Shown here: positions 1 through 12,121 of the stretch, piece after piece
Numbering within the stretch: the stretch's first letter is position 1
How the letters are laid out: the number at the start of each line of letters is the position of its first letter
Assembly: GCA_040285855.1 (NCBI GenBank)
Contig: JAUFOQ010000016.1
Span: 620,001 to 684,000 of the forward strand
Direction of reading: 5' to 3'
Source of the DNA: Eukaryota sp. GEM-RC1
Taxonomy: Eukaryota
Length of the DNA stretch: 64,000 nt
Program-made: the position numbers and the translations under genes
Notes under the pieces: generated by a model
Database searches by the model: none
What the model was told of the DNA's origin: nothing
Seen by the model: the letters and a program-made list of their open reading frames with translations, nothing else

Positions 1-1
1 T

Positions 2-1273
2 TATATTGCAGCAAAACATTATGGTACCTTTCTACATGATACCAATCATCACTTGTATTCTATTAATGATCCAATTCTACAGTCAGTTCAAAAATACGTT
101 TCTGAACTGGACACAATGAGAGTTCCTGTCATTGATCCTGATTTTAAAATTTGTCCAATTTTCTGTGACTTCATTTCTCCTTGCCGTTATTGTTTACTTC
201 CTGGTCATTTCGCCAGAAACTGTACTTTACAGTTTACAGAAAAAACTAGCCTTGTTTCTATGGATCTCTCTGTTGTGTATAAAAATTTCTCACATGATGT
301 ATTGCTCAACCCTGAAGCACTGTTGGACCTTTTATTAACTATATTGCATTTCCATTTGCACACAAACAAACATACTGACTTGTATGATTCTCAAACAAAT
401 ACATTCACTTTGGAAATGTTCGGTCGTAATTCTGATTGTATTTCAAAAGCAACACATGAAAAGGAAGAAATCCGAAACAAAATTTCTGCAACTTATCCAC
501 GTCTAGTTTCGGATATTAACTATGTCTCGTCTTTACTTTCAGATGACCAAGATGGAGATGACGTTGGTGATGTAGATAATTTTGGTGATTTCGTGGCGAT
601 AGATGATGATGCATATAAGATGATCATATAAGCATTTTGTATTGGAGATGTCGAGATCATCATCTCCAATACAAAATGCTTATATGATCAGTTCAATGCA
701 ATTAGGGACAATTCCTGGTCCTCTCGTCTTATATCTCGGTTCTTTTATTGTTTTAAACTTGTTCTGCACTATGACAATGGGTCAACTTTTATTGAAAGAA
801 CCAATGAAAATGGTGAGACAGCCAAGTACACTCCTCTGGAAGACATATTCATTTACCATCATAAAAGTATCAATATTTTGATGTTCCAATTGGCGTATTG
901 TGCCTACTATGAACATAATTCGAGACCTTCTATTAGCAAGTTTTGTATTGATGCTTTGACTTATTTGGTGTCATACAGTTTTAGTGTGTCGTCTGAATGC
1001 CACCTGCGCTACCAGAAATTAGCTAAAAGGTACATGAGCTGGCAAAATTGTATGATCCAAAAATCGACGACACTGTGGTCACATCACTTTCTCCAAAATA
1101 AAAATGATAGGGCTTTATTGCGTACCGATCAAAGTTTCCTAGATAGTGCTTTAATGTTTCGATTTATGTGGTCTTATAAAAGAGTAATTTATATTCTCAC
1201 TACGGTAACATTCGCCGAAAATAATTTCTGTAATTTTACGGTTGCCGAATTCTATGGATACCGGTATTTGTAA
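2..1273 (+). pseudogene. Degenerate zinc-knuckle (gag-like CCHC) ORF, probably retroelement-derived; 5'-truncated by window edge
   Basis: CRYCLLPGHFARNC is a CX2CX4HX4C knuckle. ORFs 53..631 and 878..1273 lie in one frame interrupted only by TAA at 629-631. Confidence 0.5.
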
Positions 1274-1350
1274 ATAATATACTACTAAACGACAATCTGG
1301 TGTCATTTAAACAACACCGATAACTATCAAATCTTTCAACAGCTTTGTGC

Positions 1351-1700
1351 TCATAAAAGGAACTCACAGCTAATGATGCTTTGGAGATGATTAGGGGGAA
1401 TAGTTTTTAAAACAGTAACAACGGTCCGATTCAACCATAACATATGATCAAAACGTTTGTACATTCTGTTGTTTACAATGTCTCTGAAATCGTTTCGAAA
1501 ATTCCATGCACATTTTCCTAAGCGGTCATATATTGATACATCAAAAGGGCATAATTCATATTCGACTTGTTTTAGAGCATATCTGGAAAATACACATTCA
1601 TTGTATTTTTTGTATTGTATCAAATCGTTTCCTGTGTATTCTTCATAAGTTGTGCACTTTCTTGTGGTGTCAATATTGCTGTTTGTTTCAACTTACAACA
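1351..1700 (-). mobile_element. 3' remnant of non-LTR retrotransposon (restriction-like endonuclease C-terminus)
   Basis: KKY...YELCPFDVSIYDRLGKCAWNF...WLNRTVVTVLKTIP matches the KxxKY/F-x-PF-x5-G-x2-G tail of the other copies in this window. Confidence 0.55.
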
Positions 1701-2470
1701 TGCTACATCTATGTGAAGGAAACATTAAACGAATAAACAAATTTAATCTATTGTTGCAAATAGAGTCTAAATTAACAAATTGATCTGAATTGTAAACCTA
1801 ACATAGAAAAGAACGCAAATGTTTACCTACAAGTTTCTTTACTATCAGGTAACTCCATATCAATCCTTGATTTCTTATGTTTAGAATGTATTTTTCTTCT
1901 TTCCAGGAGTGTTTAGGAATTCCGTCTCCAGGAGTACGGAGTTTTGCATTTTCAAGAAGCGGAGAGAAATGGTGTAAAATGTTGTATCAAATAAGAAGCA
2001 GAATATTGTGTGTACACTAGTGTACGTACCAGTAGCATTGTCGTCATTTTGATTCGAAATTGCCACGAAATTCATTTTACTAAATGAGTTACTCTACCTT
2101 ACAACTGTGATTGAAATGAGTGCTATGTGTAACCATTGTTCAGGAGATGAACAAGTTCATCATGTGGAACATTGCTTGTGGGCATGTTAGCTCAACATAC
2201 TGGTAGTTTCTCCTTGATTTCATTGATTGAAAAAGTTCACCTCTCAAAAAAGGCAATCTATTATGAACACAATTGAAAAAATTGACAGAAATTCATTGAA
2301 CTGTTCTCTAATTCTGATCCAATTGATTGAATTCAGACAAAGGTGTGCAATATGATAAATACATTTATAGACACAGACTCTTACCTGAATCAATTAACAT
2401 AAGCGAGTGACAACGTTGCAGGTCAATTGATCTAAATCACTCAACCTCAATCAACTCTGATTGTGATATA

Positions 2471-5078
2471 CTAATCAAACAAAAACATTCCCTCTGAAAT
2501 TCTGCTCAGGTCCAGTCTCTGCTCTTGATCAATAGTAGGATTCCCGACAGACATCTCAATAATGAAAGAATTTTCATGAAGAGCTCTGGCTAAAGTAACA
2601 ACTCCATCTATAGTAAATGAATTGTTACTAAGATTAATCTTCTTAATTGTTCTTTTGACTTTCAATAGGTTTGATAGTGAATCAACACTCAAATCACTTA
2701 CACAGTTGTGACTGAAATTGAGCTCTACAATGCTGGAATTGACGTTTAGAGCGGTTAATATTCTCTGGAAATTCTTGTCACACAATCGACAATCACTGAA
2801 GTCAATAGAAGTCAATTGGACATCGACCTCGATTAAATCACAAAGAGCAATCAAAACGTCATCAGTAAATCGCAAATCTCTAAGCTTGAGCTCTTTGATA
2901 CCAATACATTCAATCAAAACCTGCACATACTCCACAACGGCTGGATTCACTTCATTACTTGCTAGAGGAGAGAAAGTGAACAAACAGTTCTCAATGTCGA
3001 TACAATGATACGATTCATCAACACCTTCTACAGAATTAGTTCTTGGTTGTAAAACTACATCATCAACTTGATCATGTTTGTGTAAACCACGACAATACAC
3101 TCGTCTAATAGGAACATTTGACGTGATCATATTTGAAAGGGCAGTGAGGTCTGCTTTTTCAATATATTGTTCATATCGAATAATACCACTTGGAAAATCA
3201 ATAGAATGTGGAAAAACTTCAATATTTGGAACTATTTTGTTTCGAGAGACTAGTTCCAAGATGGTCAAAAGACACGTGAAACATTGATTGGATTGAGAAT
3301 CAAAGGTGACCTTTTGTAGAAAAGAATTGGCTTGAACTGCATCAATTAATTTTAAAGTATTGAGTTCATGTCGAGAGGTAAAGTGAACAGAAGTCAATGA
3401 ACAACTGGCCCTAATTAAATCACACAACGTATTGATTGCATGATTGCTAAACCAACATTGTTTAAGAACCAGCCTTTTGATGCTATGGCACTCCAAAAAT
3501 GATTGAAGAGATGACACGTCATCGGAACTCGTTTTTGTAGGATTGTCAGGTGAAAAAGAAAACAAACCCTTATCCACGTCAACATCATGGTCAAAATTAT
3601 CAAATTTTAATACTGACCTGTTGATCAACCGGATTTGAACAAGAGTGACGACCATTGCAAGACCTCTATCTCTACTATTTATATCACGGAATTTTACACG
3701 TTGAATAGGAACACTGCGTTGTAAGGCATTCAACAATGAAATGAGACCATAACTGTAGATCCTTTTATCGTAGTAAATGAAGCCGCGGGGACCATTAACA
3801 TGGTGAGGATAGACATTAACAAGAGATCGCAAGTTGGTGGTAAGTATAGACTCGAAAAACTGAATCAAACAAGTGAAACTCAGATAGGGAAATAATACTT
3901 CTTCTAAAGTTGAGTTGCGTTCCAGAGTTTCAAGTATTTTAGGAAATTGACTCGGGGTAAAAAGCTTACCGTTTAGATTTAAAATACGTAAGGCTGTGTT
4001 TCTCTCTAGCATTTCAATAAAAGACTCGGATTCTTCATCATCTAGTGGCTTTTCAGACTTACCAATTATTAATATTCTTAAGGTAGTATTAAATGAGATC
4101 GAATTAAAGAAAAGGTCATAATCAAAACCACACAGTTTGATCTCCAATCTCCTCAAAACTTGGTTATGTTTCAATACTTCAGCAAGTTTCTGAGAGCTTG
4201 ATGTACACGAAGTAAATACAATCCCTGATAAGGATGGATGGTGATGAAGAGAATCAAATGACGAAGAAGTACATGCATTGGGGGGAAGTACAACTTTTTT
4301 AAGACAATTGCAATTGAATATAGGACCAAGGTTTTGTCTGGGTACAATGCACTTACCGAGGTCGAGACTGGTAATACTGTTACTCGTGCCTATAGCCTGG
4401 AAGATATTTTGAACGGCTTCACTTCGTGAGAAACGACGCATGCTAAGGGCAAGGGTTTTGACTCTGATTGTGCGAATCATTTCTGACAAAACTAGAATCT
4501 CCTGAGATGTATAAGTACCTACCATCTCAAAATCCAGCTGCAAAACCTTAGAATATCTAACAAGAGATTGACCAAACGAGAGGAATGGGAAACCAGTCGG
4601 TGCAAAAACGTGCAGTCCTTTGATACGAGGGAAGAAAAAAGATCGATGACTGGAAGTCGTAGCTGCATAAGTTATGAGCATTCACCGATAACGCAGAGAT
4701 AAGAGGAGCACATTCAGAGTAGTCTTGAGGAGTAAAGGGTTCATCGGTTTTCAAATAAACGTCGTTCAATTTAGCTCCAAGTAAAGCAGCCATGGAAAGA
4801 ACCTTCTTAAACTGCTCAGTATCTACAGACAAGATAGAAGTCTCAAGAACAACACTGACTGCTCGAAAGGTTGTGTTCATGAATCGTTGGCTAACGTGAC
4901 CAACTTTCTTGAAGAACTTTGGCAACGCTGACATCAAACATTTGAAAAATATTTGACGCTGACGTGAGACAGAACAAACACGTTTGAGCCTATAGGAATT
5001 GATCAGTACTAATAGTGATTCACTGACAGAAATGGAGTTATTACGTTGTGAAGAAGGACTTTCTACAAGAAGAGACAT
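2471..5078 (-). CDS. RNI-like leucine-rich repeat protein (about 868 aa), one frameshift
   Basis: ORFs 4557..5078 and 2471..4681 join across a T6 run near 4635-4640. LRRs such as LTSIDFSDCRL, IVELNFSHNCV, IKKINLSNNSF. Confidence 0.8.
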
Positions 5079-5329
5079 TGAAAAGTAGTTTTGAAATTCA
5101 AACTCTGAAATTGTTCACTCAAAAATGGAATCTTTTGTTGCCGCTTCTAAAGCCTTTAAAGATAACAAATTGTAACGACGAGAGGCAGAAGCAATTTCTT
5201 GGTTGACGAAGATCAGGTATTGTTGTCCCTTCTTCTTCAACAAAATTGCATGTCGATGACGTGGTGTCTTTGGATGTGTGCAGAAACACAACCTTATAAT
5301 ATGTTTATTTTGGAACTTTCTCTTTAGAC

Positions 5330-5990
5330 ATAGCTAAACAGGATGATGATGGTCATTGACGGCCCTAAGATTTGTGGAGTATGAATTAGGCCCTTATATT
5401 GCATCAGAATGGAACCGTTTCGGAATAATGAATTAATTAAACAATTGCGGAAAAACCTTAACAAAGAGGATGAGGATCTGTTTTGCTTGAATCGTATCGT
5501 TCTTCCAGTTTTTAAAACAATTCCCCTAATCATCTCCGATGCTTTACTAGCTGTGAGTTCCTTTTATTCGGACAAAGCGGTTGTAAGAATTGACAGTGAT
5601 GTTTTAATGATATCAAATTTTAGTTTATTAATCTCTTACAAATGTCCTTTAAATAGGAAATTTTTTTTATTGACAAATAATATGTGTGTTACTCTTCTAA
5701 TTATATCTTCATTTCTTAGCGGTAACAACACTAAAGAAGACATACATCTAATAATCAATATTCTCAAAGTCGAACATAAATTTCTAACTTCTTTCAGCAA
5801 ATTGTGTAAGCAGTATGGAAAGAATGTTAATGCAAGTTATTGTTGTCGTTTTTCCTCCAAAGCATTGGTTAGTTATTTTGATTCTATTTGCTGAACCGTT
5901 TCTTTGTATTGAGACATGAATTTGAGAGAACGTAGAGCTGTTTGTATCTCATTTGTTAATATTGATGATGATGTTGATTTGTATTTGTTA
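5330..5990 (+). mobile_element. Degenerate 3' ends of RLE-type non-LTR retrotransposon
   Basis: NRIVLPVFKTIP tail. Nucleotides 5880-5990 resemble 22610-22720 (TGAACCGT..TCTTTG..TGAGACATGAATTT..TAATATTGATGAT). Confidence 0.45.
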
Positions 5991-7015
5991 ATTCACGGCG
6001 TTTTTTATATCCGTCAAGTCCAAATCCCCTATTTGCAAGTTCTCACCTACCTTTTCCTCATAATATCTGCCAAAAATAATAGCAAAGCATTAGAAACAGA
6101 TGTCACTATTTTTTTCACTATTTTTCCAAAATCGAAGATCAAAAGTGCTCGAAACAACAGTTCATTGATGAAGGGCACAAAAATACATATCATAATAAAA
6201 GCCATGAAACACTAGACATAGAAAATTCCTGATCATCAGTACCTCAGTTTTTATACAACTTTGTGATAGTTGATATAAAATACTTGGACATCGAAAGGAA
6301 CAAAGAAAAAATCAAACTTTTTTTCTTACATTACAACTCTCCTCTGAAGTGTATTGACTCCTGATGACTTAATAACGACGATATGGAGGTATAGAAATCA
6401 CTAACAGATTAGTAATTATCAACAAATAACGATCAATAACTTAAACTTTCTTTTATACTGTACACATTCTCATTTATTGTTATTTACAGTTTAATAAATG
6501 TAATAAAACAAAGGAACTACACTTTGATAAGATTAAAGGCACGTCCAGCACTATTAAAAATTACCATCGATTATTTTGACACATGTACAGGAATAGCTAA
6601 TTGAGGATTTTGTTGTTTCTGATGAGTTTCTTCAATTAACATTAGTACAAAGAATGGTGTTTTCATACAACTGTACTTATTCAAGAAATGTTCAAGTTTT
6701 TTAGGTGGAGATGTCTGGAATTTTACAGTATTTTAGGGTGATTAAATTGGATTGTTTCAGGCATCGTTCAGGGTATGGGATCTCGCACGGTGAATACGTT
6801 TGAAATTCGCACTAAGGTTTGAGGTGGAAGAGCTTATTGCAGGAATCGTCCTTGAAGCAAACACAGTGTTGTCTGTGCAGATACTCTTCTGATCTCGGAT
6901 GATTTGATTGAATTCAGAAAATGGCGACAGAGTCTTTGACTGACGAAAGTATAACGAAAATTATTCAACCTAATTTAATTAATATATACACATTTACAAT
7001 CTTGTCTCTCACACA

Positions 7016-8769
7016 TTAAAGTTGAAGAACACAAAAGTCTTCAGCAGCAACAGAAACCTGACCGCTGTTTGTAACACTATGGGTTCCTACCAAACAGCGT
7101 AGATTCGCAGCTTCTACATTAAGTGACACAGAAATAGGGTAAGAACCCCTATTAAGTAAGATAAAGACTGACTGGTTGTCTATGAAACGCTCAATAACAA
7201 TAGCAAACGGGTAAGGGTGTTGAAGAAATCGGAATTCTCCAGTAGAAAGAATGGGATTGTGTTTCTTCAATTCAATTATTGTTTGGAAAAATTTGAAAAA
7301 CTCATCTTCTCCGAAATTTGGCAAATATCTCATTGGTTTGCGACACCCAGGGTCTGCTCCGCCAGTCATTTTCTGCTCATCCCCGTAATAAACACATGGA
7401 GCTCCTCCACAAGTGAAAATGAACAAGTAAGCCATCTGAACCCGTTTTAAAGCGTCTGAAGTAACTTCGTCATTTGCTCCAGCCTCAGTAAGAGCTCTAG
7501 GGGTATCATGAGATCCTAAGAGATTGAACATTGCTTCAACAACTTGCTTGGGATAAGACATCATGTAATTCACAATGACATCTTCAAATTGTGCTCTGGA
7601 CATGGCTGGAGTAGAGCGGAGTAGAAAGTCTCGCGTTGCACGAGATACTTGATAGGCCATTATAGCATCAAACTGGTCGCCTCTTAACCAAGGTTCACCA
7701 TTATGCCAGAGTTCCCCCAGAATGTACACATCCGGCTTAATGCTCTTCACAGTTTTACGGAAATCTCTCCAAAAGCAGTGATCGACTTCATTGGCAACGT
7801 CTAATCTCCATCCATCAATGGCAAACCGTCTGGTATACCGATCAGCAATTGACAGCAAATAGTCTCGTACTAAAGGTTCTTCAGTGTTGAGTTTGGGCAT
7901 GTAGTTGTGGAAGCCAAATCTGTCATAGGTGCCATCATCATGGAAATGGAACCAATTGTAGTACTTAGATTCTCTACCTTGAGCAACAGCATCAAGGAAA
8001 GGACGAAATGTATCTCCACAGTGATTGAAAACAGCATCTATAATGATCTTAATTTTTTTCAAATGTGCTTGCTCAACAAGTTCAGCAAAGTCATCATCGT
8101 TGCCGAGAATAGGGTCAATAGTCTTATAGTCAGTGGTGTCATACCGGTGATTGGTTGTCGATTGAAATATCGGGGTTAAATAGATTGCATTAATCCCGAG
8201 TTGTTTAAAATACGGGATTTTTTGTATAATTCCCTGAAGATCACCTCCATAGAAAGAGACAGAGTCAACATTGTCATCTGTCCAGTCCTTAAATTCGGGA
8301 CTAGGAGATCCAGCACGACAGAAACGGTCAACAAAGATCTGGTAAAAAACAGCCTTGGAAACCCATTGGGAGGGCGTATAATGTCAGCTTCATTAATGTA
8401 TGGGAATTGGAACATTGCATCGACATCTCGATCGTTGGGTTGAAGTCTAGCAAAAACAAAGGATCCTTCCTCATGAAAGACATACCGTTGATCACCAATA
8501 TCTAAGAGGAAATCGTATGCCAATCGACGATAAGGTGGGTTGATAACTACAGAAAACCAGTCATGATGGGTAGTCCTGTGGATGAGAAGCATTGGAACTA
8601 TGGGGAAAACATTACCTCCATTGTTGTCCCTTTCGTACTTATCTCCAAAGCGAAGAAAGACATTGTCCAAAGTACAGCGTTTTGACCTCAATCTGATACA
8701 TACATTTGTTTGATCACGTGCGAAACAGAACTCTGATTGAGGACGGTGAAACAGATGGGAGAAGTCCAT
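7016..8769 (-). CDS. GH13 neopullulanase / cyclomaltodextrinase / maltogenic amylase-like glycosidase, one frameshift
   Basis: N-terminal domain, then WVSKAVFYQIFVDRF, GGDLQGI, NHRYDT, DAVFNH, DGWRLDVANE, GELW, GSHD, YYGDE. One base is missing near 8366 (CCC-AA-TGG). ATG at 8769. Confidence 0.9.
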
Positions 8770-9439
8770 GTGGAAGAGAATTGTTGTAACGGACTTTGGT
8801 CTTCGACCAATCACAATGTTTTCTCGTTTCACTATCTGATTAGAAATGATGTTCTTTATAGATGAGTCCTAAACAAGCATCCTCTACTTCAAACATGACT
8901 TGAATCTTGATACTTTGAATGACACATTAATAATCAAAGAGTATCATAGACTTCATAAAGTATACTTTGAAATAGAAGACCTAAACGTATTTTAATAGGC
9001 CCCCTCTTTAATGGGGCTTTTGTCACATCGGGGGTATCATTATAACCTTTTTAGTTATTGATTGTATGTCTTAAATCTTAGATGGTTAAGGGATAGAAAA
9101 CAGAGAGTTGGTAGAAAATATTAATTTTAGTACATCAATCGTTTGATCTTAGTCAAGAAAATTTGTTTCTGTATAATTCTTTGAGCATAAGATAGTGAAA
9201 CTTCTATTCCGTGGAGGGACTTCTGGCTTCTATTTCATGGTATAACTTAGCTTACCACAAGTACTACTGTAGTTTGTAACTTTGATGTTGTTTTAGTTTT
9301 ACCTAAATCTGTCAAGTAAACTGTAGACGAGAAGCTTTGTTCAACCAATGTATTTCGACTCACAAATTCTATCAAATTCCAATTTGTCACAATTTTTTGA
9401 AAGTGTCCAAAAGAATCCTACTAACAATTCTTTCTTCAC

Positions 9440-10732
9440 ATGCACGTCAATTGCACATCTTGTAAACAACCCTTCGCTGATTCCAAACGTCTTCCAGTCA
9501 TAGTCTGCTCAAATGGACATTCAGTCTGTGAAGAATGTGGAAAAACAGCTTTATCATCAGAAATCTGTCCTCTCTGTGATTGTTTAATTCTATCATCTCT
9601 TCCATACAATTCTGCGTTGGTGGACGCCCTTAAATACTTTGAATCGTTTCAGAAACCAACTGATCAGTTGGCACTATTAACAGCTACAAACCAACAATTA
9701 TCTCTTGAGAATGCTGCTCTTTCTGCTGAACTTGACTCTCTACGATCCCAGCTGTCGAAACCAAGGAAAAGTAAACCAGAAAAACGCTTCGAATCTGCTG
9801 TTAGCTTGAAGTCCTCTGATCCTTTTGGTACCCTATCCATGCAGACATTTGGATTTGCAATGACTGATGGTGATCAAGCTTGTCCTTTTGGTGATTTCTT
9901 CTCACAGAAAGGTGATCCTCCCTTCCAGAATCAACAATTATTCTCATCTACTTTTGATCCAAATCGAGAATTATCCACTGTGATGGAATTTGACCTAAAT
10001 CTCAATGATAACTCTAAGACTTGTCCCACAGAAGATGCAATAGTTGTTGAAGAACTTGTGATTCTAAGTGATTTCTATCAGAATCTAGTGTGTTCTATTC
10101 TTGATACAGACGAGTCCACTATCTTCACTAAAAGTCTGATACAGCAAGTGACAGCTATCGATTTGACTAGTCAGACTGATGATGTTGAGGATTACTCTCA
10201 ATTAAGTTTATTTGAAGGTTTGACAAAACTCAAGTGTTATGATCACCAGTTTTCCAGTATACCTTTCTCATCATTTCAATGCTTACAACACTTACACTGC
10301 AAAGCAGATGAAGACTGCGAAATCGACCTCAGCTCTATCTCTACACTTACGAATCTATTGTCTCTCGATCTTCTTGATTTAACTGGTGTAGTTGATATAA
10401 GTCCCCTTGCTACTCTGTCTAATCTACGTGTTCTTGATCTCTACATGACAAGCATTGATGACGTTTCCCCGTTAGCCACGTGTCAGCACTTGAAATGGTT
10501 GGAGCTCAGTCATACAATGGTTTCAGATCTAACACCGCTAATTGTTTTACAGGAACTTGAATCTCTAGGATTGTTCGATATTAAAGCAATTGACTTGTCG
10601 CCTTTACTATCTCTACCATTGTTAACAGTTGTTAGTTTAAACAAGAGCTTTGATCTGGATAAGGTTAAGATATTTTTACCTTCATTGACGATAGTTTATG
10701 GAAATCTACCGAATCCACGAATTTTTAAATAA
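9440..10732 (+). CDS. RING-type zinc finger + coiled coil + internalin-like LRR protein
   Basis: CTSC...CSNGHSVCEEC...CPLC RING. C-terminal repeats of type DISPLATLSNLRVLDL. Confidence 0.85.
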   Translation: MHVNCTSCKQPFADSKRLPVIVCSNGHSVCEECGKTALSSEICPLCDCLILSSLPYNSALVDALKYFESFQKPTDQLALLTATNQQLSLENAALSAELDSLRSQLSKPRKSKPEKRFESAVSLKSSDPFGTLSMQTFGFAMTDGDQACPFGDFFSQKGDPPFQNQQLFSSTFDPNRELSTVMEFDLNLNDNSKTCPTEDAIVVEELVILSDFYQNLVCSILDTDESTIFTKSLIQQVTAIDLTSQTDDVEDYSQLSLFEGLTKLKCYDHQFSSIPFSSFQCLQHLHCKADEDCEIDLSSISTLTNLLSLDLLDLTGVVDISPLATLSNLRVLDLYMTSIDDVSPLATCQHLKWLELSHTMVSDLTPLIVLQELESLGLFDIKAIDLSPLLSLPLLTVVSLNKSFDLDKVKIFLPSLTIVYGNLPNPRIFK

Positions 10733-10959
10733 ATTCACTCTGTTTAAGTCTTTAGTAATTATTTGGTGCTTAAAACTCTTTTTTCACCGAATAACTAAGG
10801 TGAACAAGTTGTGATCAAATTCTGAGTTCGGGATTGGTACTACTAGTACTCGGGATTGACTAATCAGTCTAACTGGGTTAAATTGTAAAGCAAATGTTCA
10901 TCAAGTCTATTAAACCGGATCAAATCGGTAAATGCTAATTAAAAAACTGTTTATAGATG

Positions 10960-11426
10960 AAAGGGACAAAAATACATTTCAAAGTAAAAGCTATGAAACA
11001 GTAGACACAGAAAATGTCTGGTCAACAGTAGCACAGTTCTTATACAACTTTGTGATAATTGATTTAAAAAAATTAGGCATTGAACGGAACAAAGACAAAA
11101 TCAAACGGTTATGCCAAATTGATAAGTTAAATCTCTTACTCTGAGACTTACACATCGATCCAAAATCAGTTAAAAACTGAGAAGCCATTTCACCAATACC
11201 GATAATAGAAATAGCAAATGGAAGAAATCCAATGTTCGAATCCGACATTTAGCTTAGCAGCATGTTTGGAACATACATCGATTTTACGGTTTTCAGCTGT
11301 TTCTAGGTCGTTGAAACCTTTTGAAATTAAGCTGTTAACATAAATCTGAGCACATGGATCTAATGTTGTAACATCAAGGACAATTTGACTGGAATCAATA
11401 AAATGACCATGCAAGTCGATCAACAA
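10960..11426 (-). mobile_element. Truncated RLE-type non-LTR retrotransposon remnant
   Basis: DLHGHFIDSSQIVLDVTTLDPC...AENRK, then FLPFAISIIG...WHNRLILSLFRSMP, split over two frames. Confidence 0.7.
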
Positions 11427-11467
11427 GAATTATTAAAAAATAATGTATTTTGCATATCAGTTCATAA

Positions 11468-12085
11468 CTTTGATACGAAGAAATTTATTTAAATTAAATT
11501 ATTAATTCTTGACACCCTCAATTAATTAAGTTTAATTCATGTGGCCTACAATTAATTAATTACAATGAATTCTATAGTAGCTTTTCATCTATAGTCAATT
11601 GTACTGAATTCAGTACCAGTTCTGGGTCACAACTGATTTGAGAACATCAAAACACCAAAAATCAGTGTTCTAGCGATGGAACAATTGCTTCGTTAGAGAA
11701 CTCAAAGATTCTCTTAGTTATCCTAAGATAATATTACGATTATAATGAACCAATAGTCACTTCTATTGGCCAGTTGTGGAGTTTTTGCGTTTTGAATCTC
11801 GGTCACTAAGCATTTTTGACGATATAGTGTGTTTGCTGATCTTTAGCAGTCCAGGTTTGAATGTTTCCGCTTTTATACTATCAAACTATGTACTTGTATA
11901 CATTTAGTTGATCAGGGCCCGACACATGTAAAAATGAACAATGCCTTCTTGCTGAATATTGGGGAAGATGACATAGTGTGGCTGACAAGAAATTATACAA
12001 TTAATTCTACTAATTAGCGTTAATTAATTTTAATTCTAAGTAACAATTAATTAATTATAATTAAATTAATTTTTTCGCATCACTG
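11468..12085. mobile_element. Non-autonomous hAT-type element (618 bp)
   Basis: Imperfect terminal inverted repeats (TIRs) CTTTGATACGAAGAAA / TTTTTTCGCATCACTG. Perfect 8-bp TSD GTTCATAA at 11460-11467 and 12086-12093. TTAATTAA-rich subterminal regions. Confidence 0.8.
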
Positions 12086-12121
12086 GTTCATAATCAATAC
12101 ATACATTTATATAATCTGAAT

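Noticed and set aside
8998..9018. Short GC hairpin GCCCC...GGGGC followed by Ts (terminator- or Helitron-like)
   Set aside because: The stem is only 5-6 bp, the context is eukaryotic and no CTRR Helitron end follows.
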